Source: Octopus bimaculoides
Taxonomy: Eukaryota
Assembly: GCF_001194135.2 (NCBI RefSeq)
Contig: NC_068984.1
Span: forward strand, 139,515,300 to 139,573,409
DNA length: 58,110 nt
Reading direction: 5' to 3'
A program made the translations under genes and the position numbers. Positions 27,181 through 37,896 of this stretch are shown here, piece by piece (the first letter of the stretch is position 1; every line of letters begins with the position of its first letter). The notes beneath the pieces are model-generated. The model made no database searches and was not told the origin of the DNA. It was given only the letters and a program-made list of their open reading frames with translations.

Positions 27181-27482
27181 TCAATGCAAACAGGAACAAG
27201 CAAGAAAAAGCACGAATAAACAACAACACGAGGACGTGGAATAAGTACAATGTTATTGAACGCTCAGATATATATATTTATATATATATATATATATATC
27301 AGTATGTGTAGACTACTTTTCCTCTCACTTTCATTCTTCCCGTGCAGCTGTACAACCAAATTAATAACCAGCCAATTAGTTTGCCAGCCCACCAATCATT
27401 GAGTTGCCTCTTCATTCAGTCGCCGGCTTCTACTCGTTTGTGTATTTCACACATTCGTTTCATCTCACTACTTAACTCTTAC

Positions 27483-27511
27483 CTTGCTCTTGTTATGATG
27501 GAACTAGATTC
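27483..27511 (-). CDS. Candidate micro-exon (unverified)
   Basis: ttctgcatattcag|GAATCTAGTTCCATCATAACAAGAGCAAG|gtaaga; one open frame, ESSSIITRA. Confidence 0.22.
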
Positions 27512-27754
27512 CTGAATATGCAGAACTTGGGTACAAAATGCCATGCTTTACATAGATGCCGAGCTCCCTAGGACTCCTGCTGATAGTGGCCTTCAGTTTG
27601 ATCATTTGAGATATTTGAGACACTTGGTTTCTGCTTAAAGAAGATTGAGCGACTGCGTACAAGTTCCTGTAGACACTTGTCTGTTTTGTAGTGATTCACA
27701 TTTAAGTAGACATGGAATATATTATATATGTGTTGAGTGTCACTAAAACTTTTG

Positions 27755-28245
27755 TCAGCCGCTCTCCAGCTATCTATTTCAAACCTTATATGACAATGGC
27801 ATGTCCACACTTAGAATTTGCATTATCAGTCTGGAACCCCTATTTTGCTCAGTCTATAAATCTCATTGAAACTGTTCAGAAACGTAAAACTTACCGAATA
27901 CCCGTCTTGCTTCCCTGGGCATGGACACATTGAAACTCTGACGTCTGGCAACTGACTTGGTAGACACCCATTTTCCCAATAACAACTTTTGGCACCTTTT
28001 TGAATTCCATATGACAAACACTCGTAGACATGCTTACAAAATCAAAAAGCAACACAGCATTCATGACTTTCGGAAACATATGTTCATGCTAAAAGTAATT
28101 GAAGCATGGAATAAACTACTCGCATCTGTCGTTATCTGTCGAAACACTACATTTTTCAAAATTTCCATACTTCCTGAAATCCGCCAACGACACACCTGAT
28201 GGGTTTTTTTTCCTTAACTGTAGTGCACCTGAGCACTGTATCAAC
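27755..28245 (+). mobile_element. Decayed CR1-type LINE, ORF2 C-terminus plus 3' UTR
   Basis: FKPYMTMACPHLEFALSVWNPYFAQSINLIETVQKR..LASLGMDTLKL*RLATDLVDT..TNTRRHAYKIKKQ..FRKHMFMLKVIEAWNKL matches RPHLEY..VWNPY..LExVQRR..TRGHxxK..RVVxxWNxL. Confidence 0.85.
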
Positions 28246-28424
28246 AATTTCTTTCAGATATCATAATACCGATGCTGGTGGTGTACGAACAGTCAATTTG
28301 ATGAATCTTAAAGGCCTATCTTCGATTGTTGGTACGCCAATACGCAAAGATAATTCTGCACACACAAATGTATCGCATTCTAAGTGTACCTAGAGCTTCT
28401 TTCATATTCTACGTACCAAACTCC

Positions 28425-28550
28425 CTCATGAGGCTCTATTCAGCTCGAGACTATAGTAAAAGACACTTCTCCAATGTGCAACGCAGTGGGACTGAACCCG
28501 GAACCATGTGGTTGGAAAGCAAACATCTTACCCCAAACTCAGGCCCGTGC
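28425..28550 (-). mobile_element. SINE family B head
   Basis: gactatagtaaaagacacttctccaatgtgcaacgcagtgggactgaacccggaaccatgtggttggaaagcaaac. Confidence 0.8.
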
Positions 28551-28717
28551 CTGTCTGCCATAATACTAATAATTCTTTTGCTCCTCCTCCCTCTTTCGGT
28601 TTCTATGTGTACTCATTCCCTCCCACTGCCACTAAATACCTGCACTTTTCTTCGACACCTATATTGCCCTTCCATAAAGCTACGACTTCTCTCTTTCTTT
28701 TTCACACTATTCCTCTC

Positions 28718-28761
<44 letters not shown>

Positions 28762-28771
28762 NNNNNNNNNN

Positions 28772-28815
<44 letters not shown>

Positions 28816-29454
28816 GTTCTATTCCCCTCACTCCCTTTCTGCTTCCCTCACTCCCTTTTCCACATGCAGTCATTTTGATATTTGTCTTTCTCAATCGTAT
28901 CTGTCTCGTTCATTCTCTAACTCCCGATGTATGTTTTTAACTATAACACATAACTTCGCACATCATATCATCGCTATTATTCCTCTCACTCAAACTTTAA
29001 CTAACTATTTATCTATCTATGTTATCCACTTATCTATACTTACAAAACCACTAAACATAGGCGCGCATGCACACACACTGAAACACTCACACACGCACAC
29101 ATACATTCAATCTTCCTATTTACCTATTTACCTAGCTACGCTTTTTGCAGCTTTATCGCTTACATCCTTTTCAATTTTTCGCATTCATACGCTTTTCTAT
29201 TTATGAAATAACATCCACCCTCCATCCTCTCCCTCTTTCTCCCTCTCGTTCCCTCTTTCTCTCTCTTTCTTCCTGCCTCTTTTTCTTTTTCTCTCTACCT
29301 CTCTCACTCTTTCTTAAATTTCCACTAAACATTAACTAAAACGTTTCTCTTTAAAATTCACCCACTTAAAGCCACATGTTTACCCAACCCATTGGTTCTC
29401 CTTTCTCATTAAGGTTTCATATATCTCCCAATACATCTTAATATTTTTCCCACT

Positions 29455-29660
29455 AAGGCGGGAAGCTGGCGGAAACGTTAGCAAGCCGGGCGAAGTCCTT
29501 AGCGGTATTTCGTTTGTCTTTACGTTCCTGGTTCAAATTCCCCCGAGGTCAACTTATCCTTTCAGAGTCGATAAATTAAGTACCAGTTGCCTACTGGGTC
29601 GGTCTAATCGACTAGCCCCCTCCCACAAAATTTCGAGCCTTCTGTCTAGACTAAAAAAGA
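29455..29660 (+). mobile_element. SINE family A (tail type 2)
   Basis: aaggcgggaagctggcggaaacgttagc..ggttcaaattcc..cccctcccacaaaatttcgagcc; TSD-like aatatttttccc / aatattttgtccc. Confidence 0.88.
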
Positions 29661-29799
29661 ATATTTTGTCCCCTCTTTCCTTGTTCCTACATGTCGTCCT
29701 GCAACATTAAATCCGTCTGTGTAAGGAAGCTACGACCTAAAAAGCTGTTTAACTTTTACGTTACATAATCTACATCCATTCAGTCCACTATGTTACTTC

Positions 29800-29830
<31 letters not shown>

Positions 29831-29840
29831 TCTCTCGCTA

Positions 29841-29874
<34 letters not shown>

Positions 29875-30313
29875 TCTCTCTCTATCTCTATCTCTCTCTC
29901 TGGATATATATGTGTGTGTGTGGATATATATATATATATTTATGTATATATATATATATNNNNNNNNNNNNNNNNNNNNNNNNNNNNNNNNNNNNNNNNN
30001 NNNNNNNNNNNNNNNNNNNNNNNNNNNNNNNNNNNNNNNNNNNNNNNNNNNNNNNNNNNNNNNNNNNNNNNNNNNNNNNNNNNNNNNNNNNNNNNNNNNN
30101 NNNNNNNNNNNNNNNNNNNNNNNNNNNNNNNNNNNNNNNNNNNNNNNNNNNNNNNNNNNNNNNNNNNNNNNNNNNNNNNNNNNNNNNNNNNNNNNNNNNN
30201 NNNNNNNNNNNNNNNNNNNNNNNNNNNNNNNNNNNNNNNNNNNNNNNNNNNNNNNNNNNNNNNNNNNNNNNNNNNNNNNNNNNNNNNNNNNNNNNNNNNN
30301 NNNNNNNNNNNNN

Positions 30314-30360
<47 letters not shown>

Positions 30361-30984
30361 CATAGATACTTAGATACATACTCGCCCGCACACACAAATA
30401 TGGGTGCCTACATATACCTGAATTATTAATTGTAAACTCTAGAAACTTCCCTCTCGTTATCCTCCACATCAGCTTTCGTTTCTTCTTCCCTAATCCCATA
30501 TCTCTCTCACTTTCTCTCATTCTCTTAGGCAAGGTATTTATTTATTTATCTATTTACCAATCGGAATAGGTCTCTCCCTCCTTTCATTGGTGTCTCGCAA
30601 TCCCACAACAGTCTCCCTCTTCTCTTGCCTGTCTCTCTCTCTCACTCTCCGAAACACAACACTCACACACACAGGTATACAGCAAACACGCCTTCACATA
30701 CACACCTTCATTCACACACACGCACAAACTCGTCATAGGAAACTCCAAACATTATATATGGAATTACAGAGATAGCGATCTCTAGAACCAATAAGTCATA
30801 CCTGTCATAATTAAAAGTTATGTATATGAGAACTCAGCCAGGAGAAACGACTCTATTTGCATTATTTAGCACTTAAAGATGTTTTATATTCTAAGATGAA
30901 CTGGTATGATTACGGAGTTGTATTTTCATTTGTTGTAGGATGTGGGAGGTAAATATCACAAGGTATTCATTCTGGTTTCTTACG

Positions 30985-31285
30985 CTCTAAGTTCAGATCT
31001 CAGCAGGGCCAACTTTGTCTTTCATCTATTTGGAGTTTATAGAATAAATAAATATAAATAAAATATTACGGTCGAGTTAAACGACTAACTCTAACTGCGT
31101 CAAAAACTTATATTCTTGAGCTTGAATAAAAAGGAAAAGATTGTTAAATTGCCACAACCATTAGAACTTTGCTTTAAAATGTTTGCAGATTTGTTCCGTC
31201 ACTTTCCTTCTGAGTTTAAACCTTGCCAAAATCAATTTGCCTTTCGTCGGTGCATAGTTCAATAAAATGATTACCAGTTAAGCAA
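30985..31285 (+). mobile_element. Two old, degenerate SINE family A remnants
   Basis: ctctaagttcagatctcagcagggccaactttgtctttcatc and ttctgagtttaaaccttgccaaaatcaatttgcctttc..taccagtt. Confidence 0.55.
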
Positions 31286-31297
31286 TGGAAGTCCGTT

Positions 31298-31590
31298 GTG
31301 GAGGCGCAATGACCCAGTGGTTAGGGCAGCGGACTGGCGGTAGGAGGATTGCGGTTTCAATTCCCAGACCGCGCGTTGTGTGTGTTTATTGAGCGAAAAC
31401 ACCTAAAGTTCGACGAGGGGTGATGGCGTCCCCTGTTGTACTCTTTCGCACCAACTTTCTCTCATTGTTTCTTGAGTAACGCTGCGATGGACTGGCGTAC
31501 CGTCCAGCTGGGGGGAACACATACACTATAGAAACCGGGAAACCGGACCCATGAGCCTGGCTTAGCTTTAAAAGGGCGCATAAATAAAAA
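31298..31590 (+). mobile_element. tRNA-derived SINE: head H1 plus V-like 3' module
   Basis: gtggaggcgcaatgacccagtggttagggcagcggac..gcggtttcaattcc, then gagtaacgctgcgatggactggcgtaccgtccagc..gaaaccgggaaaccgg..gggcgcataaataaaaa. Confidence 0.8.
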
Positions 31591-31759
31591 CAAAACTGGA
31601 AGTCAGTTACATGAATAATCCCCTCCGCATTCCGTTGCCTCAAAACTGATGATCTCAGACATATGTTAGAAAGAAAGGAGTAATGGGTTAGCAAAGCCGT
31701 GAAAGCGAGGGAATTATTGCTTTTCAGTATTTGCTNNNNNNNNNNATAATTACTCACAT

Positions 31760-32172
31760 TAAGGCGGTGGTCTGGCAGAAACGTTAGCACGCCGGACGAA
31801 ATGCTTAGCGTTATTTCGCCTGTTTTTTTACGTTCTGAGTTCAAATTCCGCCGAGGTTAACTTTGCCTTTTATCCTTTCGGGATCGATTAAATAAATACC
31901 AGTTACGCACTGGGGTCCATGTAATCGACTTAATCCCTTTGTCTGTCCTTGTTTGTCCCATCTATGTTTAGCCCCTCGTGGGCAATAAAGAAATAAGAAA
32001 CGTTAGCACGCCGGACGAAACGCATAGCGCTGTGTTCAAATTCCGCCGAGATCGACATTGCCTTTTATCTTTTCAGGGTCGATAAATTAAGTACCAGTTG
32101 TGTACTTGGGTCGATCTAATCGACTGGCCCCCTCCCCAAAAATTTCGGGCCTTGTACCTAGAGTAGAAGAGT
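31760..32172 (+). mobile_element. Dimeric SINE family A with 14-bp TSD
   Basis: Monomer with tail 1 joined at gaaataagaaacgttagc to a monomer with tail 2. Flanked by ataattactcacat (31746-31759) and ataattacttacat (32173-32186). Confidence 0.9.
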
Positions 32173-32231
32173 ATAATTACTTACATCGTTCCTAAATTGA
32201 TTTCAATGAAATTGACCTACCCACCTGCATC

Positions 32232-32360
32232 AAAGTTTAACATAAGGAGATAAGTTGATTACATCGACACCAAAGCTCAACTGGTACTTATTTTATCGAC
32301 CGCAAAAGGATAGTACACAAAGTCGACCTCGGCGGAATTTGAACCCAGAACGTAAATTTG
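32232..32360 (-). mobile_element. Partial SINE family A
   Basis: ctggtacttattttatcgacc..aaagtcgacctcggcggaatttgaacccagaacgtaa. Confidence 0.8.
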
Positions 32361-32418
32361 AACAAAAGCAACGTCGTCAAAATAAGGGACAACATCACTA
32401 CTGTAACTGCTGATATTG

Positions 32419-32848
32419 TTTTCTACTCTAGGCACAAGGCCCGGAATTTTGGGGGAGGGGGCCAGTCGATTAGATCGACCCCAGTACGCAACTGGTATTT
32501 AATTTATCGATCCCGAAAGGATGAAAGGCAAAGTCTACCTCGGCGGAATTGGAACTCAAAACGTAAAGACAGACGAAATACTGCGAAGCACTTTGTCTGG
32601 CGTGCTAACGTTTCTTATTTCTTTATTGCTCCCAAGGGCCTAAACATAGAAGGGACAAACAAGGACAGACAAACGGATTAAGTTGATTAGATCGACACTA
32701 GTGCGTAGCTGGTACTTAATTTATCGACCTCGAAAGGATGAAAGGCAAAGTCGACCTCAGGGGAATTTGAACTCAGAACGTAATGGCAGACGAAATACTG
32801 CTAAGCATTTCGCCCGGCGTCCTAACGTTTCTGCCAGCTCACCACCAT
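32419..32848 (-). mobile_element. Dimeric SINE family A with about 18-bp TSD
   Basis: Reverse complement of the same dimer architecture. Flanked by ctgtaactgctgatattg (32401-32418) and ctgtgactactgacattg (32850-32867). Confidence 0.9.
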
Positions 32849-33534
32849 ACTGTGACTACTGACATTGCCGCTAATATGATCAGCCCATTGTTAGCGTAAG
32901 CACCACAGTTACCTCCCTTCCGAACCTACTATCACCAATACTTACATAAATTGTTAATCTGATCTTTCAAAATAAATTATCTTCAACGAAGTCCACCAAA
33001 GTTCATTTTCACAAGACACAAATATCACAATCTATTACTTCTCCACTCTCTCACAACAGATTACTTTTGGCGACCTTTAACGTGGTCGTAGTTTATTTTG
33101 AGAAAGATAAAATTATTGCTAACACACCAACAATGAATATTTTTGAAATTCGATTTTCAGAGAACTTTTTTTCTTTTGTGATATATATTCACGATTTGTT
33201 ATATTAAAATAACACCCTGTGGGGAAAATACTTATCTAATACTGTTTTTTTTAATATTTAAATACAAAATTCGTTTTATTTTGATTTTATTTTAATGTAT
33301 ACTTTTTTTTTTTCAGTATATGATTTAGTGAAATGTTATATGTTCAAGCATTATAGGTTCATCATTGGAGCATGATTCATTCACGAAATTCCATTCAAAA
33401 AAAACTGATAAAAGTTAATATTCAAAACTGCCTAAAGACTACACTATAAACTTATTCATTTTACCAAGTTGGTTTATTATAAGATATTTACGTTTCAAAA
33501 GTGATAAATGACTGAGAAAATAACAACAAACAAA

Positions 33535-33745
33535 AGCTAGGATCCTGATATGTTGCGTGAATGGAATACTCTATTGAATCGACGCTAGTGTTCAACTGGT
33601 ACTTAATTTATCGATCCACAAAAGGATGTAGGTTAAAGTCAAGCTAGTTACGATTTGATCTTAGAACATTAAGAGGCGGAAGAAATTTTACGAAGCATTA
33701 AATCTTAGTACGAGGAGATAACGACTCTACAAGCTCGCCGCCATA
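33535..33745 (-). mobile_element. Degenerate SINE family A
   Basis: aactggtacttaattttatcgatcc..gactctacaagctcgccgccata. Confidence 0.7.
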
Positions 33746-33770
33746 GTTACAATGAATATTTACACTTGAC

Positions 33771-33981
33771 AAGGCGGCGAGATAGCAGAACCATGAGGAT
33801 GCCAGGCAAAACGATAAACGATACTTCGTCTATCCTTACGCTATGAGTTCAGATTACGCCGTGGCCGACCTTGGCTTTCAAGCTTTCGGAGTCAATAGAA
33901 CAAATGCCAGTTGAACATTGGAGTCAAGCTAATTGAGTTATCCCCTCCCCGAAATTTCTGGCCTTGTGTAAATTTGAAACT
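33771..33981 (+). mobile_element. Degenerate SINE family A
   Basis: aaggcggcgagatagcagaa..tgagttcagatt..cccctcccgaaatttctggccttgtg; TSD-like aatatt(t)tacact on both sides. Confidence 0.75.
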
Positions 33982-34167
33982 AATATTTACACTCGATAGC
34001 AATCGTTTAGACACCTAGACTATATTCGGAATATTTTCATTTTAATTTTTTTTTCTTTTAATTTTTTTTTCTTTTAATTTTTTTTCTTTTTAATTTTATT
34101 TAATAATTATTGTTCCTAAAAGGTTTGTCCTCGACAGACGTTTCTGTTCAGACAAAAAATTGCAACA

Positions 34168-34229
34168 CTATGAAACAAGAATAGACGTTAGCGTAAATAG
34201 AGTTTCATTTTTTAAACGTTCCAATGTAT
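34168..34229 (-). CDS. Candidate exon (terminal, or internal with a weak gtttca donor)
   Basis: Acceptor atattgtgctctacag|; reads TLERLKNETLFTLTSILVS* in the phase left by 35257-35374. Confidence 0.28.
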
Positions 34230-34372
34230 CTGTAGAGCACAATATTAATGTTCATTTATGAATTATGACAATGTGATTTTATTTTAATAACTTAGAAAAA
34301 TCAATGTTCATTATTTATCTATGTGCAAATAACACGCATACATACATAAGTGTAAATGGATATCTATCTATC

Positions 34373-34405
<33 letters not shown>

Positions 34406-35256
34406 GTGTATATATNNNNNNNNNNNNNNNNNNNNNNNNNNNNNNNNNNNNNNNNNNNNNNNNNNNNNNNNNNNNNNNNNNNNNNNNNNNNNNNNNNNNN
34501 NNNNNNNNNNNNNNNNNNNNNNNNNNNNNNNNNNNNNNNNNNNNNNNNNNNNNNNNNNNNNNNNNNNNNNNNNNNNNNNNNNNNNNNNNNNNNNNNNNNN
34601 NNNNNNNNNNNNNNNNNNNNNNNNNNNNNNNNNNNNNNNNNNNNNNNNNNNNNNNNNNNNNNNNNNNNNNNNNNNNNNNNNNNNNNNNNNNNNNNNNNNN
34701 NNNNNNNNNNNNNNNNNNNNNNNNNNNNNNNNNNNNNNNNNNNNNNNNNNNNNNNNNNNNNNNNNNNNNNNNNNNNNNNNNNNNNNNNNNNNNNNNNNNN
34801 NNNNNNNNNNNNNNNNNNNNNNNNNNNNNNNNNNNNNNNNNNNNNNNNNNNNNNNNNNNNNNNNNNNNNNNNNNNNNNNNNNNNNNNNNNNNNNNNNNNN
34901 NNNNNNNNNNNNNNNNNNNNNNNNNNNNNNNNNNNNNNNNNNNNNNNNNNNNNNNNNNNNNNNNNNNNNNNNNNNNNNNNNNNNNNNNNNNNNNNNNNNN
35001 NNNNNNNNNNNNNNNNNNNNNNNNNNNNNNNNNNNNNNNNNNNNNNNNNNNNNNNNNNNNNNNNNNNNNNNNNNNNNNNNNNNNNNNNNNNNNNNNNNNN
35101 NNNNNNNNNNNNNNNNNNNNNTATATATATATATATATGCATGCCTATACATATATACATACAAATAAATATAGATAAAAATGCATACCTAAATATATAT
35201 ACTTACACTAATATATATATGTGTGTAATAACACCCGCAGTATATTTCGGTCTTAC

Positions 35257-35374
35257 GAGTTTTTTTAATATACAGATTATTGTATAACAATGAAAGATTT
35301 TTTAACTGAAGGTTAAAATCTTTATCGAGATATTCATCCATCAGTCTCAAAGCTGAAGAATCAATAGAAAGAAA
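35257..35374 (-). CDS. Candidate internal exon, product unknown
   Basis: Acceptor attttcgtatattcctcag|, donor C|gtaaga. 39 open codons in AT-rich DNA: FLSIDSSALRLMDEYLDKDFNLQLKNLSLLYNNLYIKKT. Confidence 0.45.
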
Positions 35375-35451
35375 CTGAGGAATATACGAAAATAATTGCT
35401 AAATTCCCAATAAGTTGTGTTTTTCTGTCCTTCTCATCCAATTTTCAATAG

Positions 35452-35535
35452 TTCGTTTTAATTAGTTTCGCGAGGGATGGTCTTGAAAGTAAAAGTGAGT
35501 ACGATGGTGAAGATACACAGCTTGAAGGAAAAAAA
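35452..35535 (+). CDS. Candidate plus-strand exon (conflicts with the minus-strand model)
   Basis: ccaattttcaatag|FVLISFARDGLESKSEYDGEDTQLEGKK|gtaaga. Based on splice signals only. Confidence 0.18.
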
Positions 35536-36180
35536 GTAAGAAAGAGAGAGAGAGAGAGAAATGAAAGAAGAAAAGAAAGGAAGTAAATAAATAAGGTGCG
35601 AATAATATTATCGACCAGTAAATTTATCATGAAATAAATAATTGGAAAGTCAAGTGTATTGTTTTGAGAAATTTTGTAGATTCTCAAAAACAAAATTAAG
35701 ATAAAACACTCGGTTCCTTTGTGATTTGTATAGATCGATCAAGTGATACATTTTATCAGTGATGATGAGTTAGAGGGATGTGGACAGGAAAAAGCTAAAG
35801 TTCAAATTTCAAGAGAGAAGGAAAGATTGATAAATTTTCTAAAAAGGTTTTCATATGTCTGGAATATTGAAATTTCTTTGAGGGATGAGGTTGATAGAAG
35901 AAAAACTTAAGTAATTGAGATACTTATTTCTAAATTAGAGAGAGTAAGGAGTGTCTTTAGGTGAAATATCAAGTGGAAAAAATGATTATGAAGAGACGAG
36001 TAAGATAAGTCACTTGTTTTGAGAAAGTTTGTAGATTTTTAGAAATGAAAATTCAGACAAAGAATTTCGTTTAGATCAAAGAAATGATGACCTTTAAAAG
36101 TGATGGGTGATTAGTAAAGACACAGACAAGGTAAACCTCAGGAAGGTTTTTGAAAATGAAGCATAAATATATAGCGTAGC

Positions 36181-36181
<1 letters not shown>

Positions 36182-36239
<58 letters not shown>

Positions 36240-36261
36240 TGATAATGATAATAATAATAAT
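36182..36261. repeat. (AAT)n microsatellite
   Basis: Directly 5' of an R4-like fragment. Confidence 0.95.
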
Positions 36262-36468
36262 GAAGATAGGTTAGCTTGGGAGGTTAAGTAGTTGTGGTCG
36301 ATGAAAAAGGTGGTAGTAGTACCAATAATTGTCGGAGCCCTGGGAACAGTGAGTAAAAATCTCGAGAAGTATATCAAAGAAATAGGAGCTGCAATAAGGG
36401 AGGAGCACTTGCAGAAAACAGCACTGCTTGGAACCGCTCGAATACTCCGGATGGTGCTCGAAAAACAA
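36262..36468 (+). mobile_element. R4/Dong-type (RLE) non-LTR retrotransposon, ORF C-terminal fragment
   Basis: RLAWEVK*LWSMKKVVVVPIIVGALGTVSKNLEKYIKEIGAAIREEHLQKTALLGTARILRMVLEK. Confidence 0.88.
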
Positions 36469-36602
36469 GAAATCGCCTGTGATCTGGATAATTCTCATCG
36501 GTGGCTCTTACCGCGCTATATCCAGATCAAAATATGCATGTGTGTATATATGCATGTGTGTTTGCTGAGCGAGTAACCGAAGGTCCACGACCAGCCCCTT
36601 AC

Positions 36603-36653
36603 AAGTCTGATCGATTCAACAACAAGACAAATAAGTTGATATTTAGAACACCC
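36603..36653 (-). CDS. Candidate internal exon, product unknown
   Basis: Very strong acceptor tttctgctttgttttccttacag|, donor CTT|gtaagg. 51 nt, reads GCSKYQLICLVVESIRL; a second frame is also open. Confidence 0.45.
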
Positions 36654-36770
36654 CTGTAAGGAAAACAAAGCAGAAATTTTAAGCTTCTGAACACGTTCAG
36701 CTACGGCAATAAAGTACGGAGAATGCCATGCTGGTATGTCTTCATGTATATACCTATATGTGTGTGCTTG

Positions 36771-36806
<36 letters not shown>

Positions 36807-37077
36807 GCGTGCGCGCCCGCCGGGCGTGGTTTCATTGAACGTAAATATTTCATAAAAGTACTACTCCAACATACATGCAAACGATCATTAGATAAATGTG
36901 CCTAATTTTTCTGAAGGTTACAGTCCGAAAGTTGATAGCCAGGAATTCAAATTGAGGGCTGCGCTGGAGCAGTGTAACAATGTATTTGCATACACGCACA
37001 CACATACTCACATGCACACAAATATATATAATTAATATGGGTGACTTAGCAATTTAACAACCTAAAGGCAAATTTAC

Positions 37078-37115
37078 AGATACTACTAAAGTGAGACTGA
37101 GTAATACCAGCATTT
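37078..37115 (-). CDS. Candidate internal exon
   Basis: gttttgatttttatttccag|AAATGCTGG..GTATCT|gtaaat; reads MLVLLSLTLVVS, in phase with 36603-36653. Confidence 0.35.
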
Positions 37116-37324
37116 CTGGAAATAAAAATCAAAACAACGTCGTCGCTACAGAAGCAATATATTAATGACTGACAAGGGGATGCAAGGAATCCAGCGGACA
37201 CAGCCAGATCAACGGTGATTTCGAATCTTAATTCTTATCGATGGCTCTTATCGCGCAATATCCAGACCACTGGCGATTTCAAATTTTGATGCAGAGCATC
37301 TTAATTCTCATCGGTGGCTCTTAC

Positions 37325-37411
37325 CGCGCTGTGAATAGGAGAGTTCGACGGACCGCATTGAACAGTACTTTCGTCTCGAGAGATTTATACTCAAGATAAA
37401 ATTACTAATCT
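37325..37411 (-). CDS. Candidate internal exon
   Basis: caatgactttcag| .. G|gtaaga; one open frame ISNFILSINLSRRKYCSMRSVELSYSQR. The donor lies inside a locally repeated 29-mer. Confidence 0.22.
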
Positions 37412-37797
37412 CTGAAAGTCATTGAAATTCCCAAAATCTAGATTAGTCTACCTAGATCACAACATATGTGACTGTGTGTGTATATATAAATATGTGTACT
37501 TAAAAAGTTAATATCTAAAGTGTACACATTTGCATGAGTACACTTTTCTGTTTACATAATAACAATGCAATTTCCTTTCTGTTTTGATAATTTTCCTTTT
37601 TCATTAAATAGAAAACATATATTACTCGAATACAATCGAATTGTTATTCAAATCAGTATATGTGATTTTGATTAAGATTTTCTTGAACTTCTCTTTATTT
37701 ATCTGTGCACATAGCCTGTATCATTAATGTACTTTTACTTATTAACACGCAAACATGCGTATGGTTGCTTACATATGCGAAGACACACACCATACAT

Positions 37798-37798
37798 T

Positions 37799-37853
<55 letters not shown>

Positions 37854-37896
37854 GTAGATAGATAGATAATCAGATATATATATATATATATATATA
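37798..37896. repeat. (GATA)n then (TA)n microsatellite
   Basis: Visible directly. Confidence 0.95.

Noticed and set aside
31298-31375. tRNA genes (also at 18033, 39525, 46480, 56850)
   Set aside because: A/B boxes are present but there is no complete cloverleaf or acceptor stem, and each runs into a SINE body.
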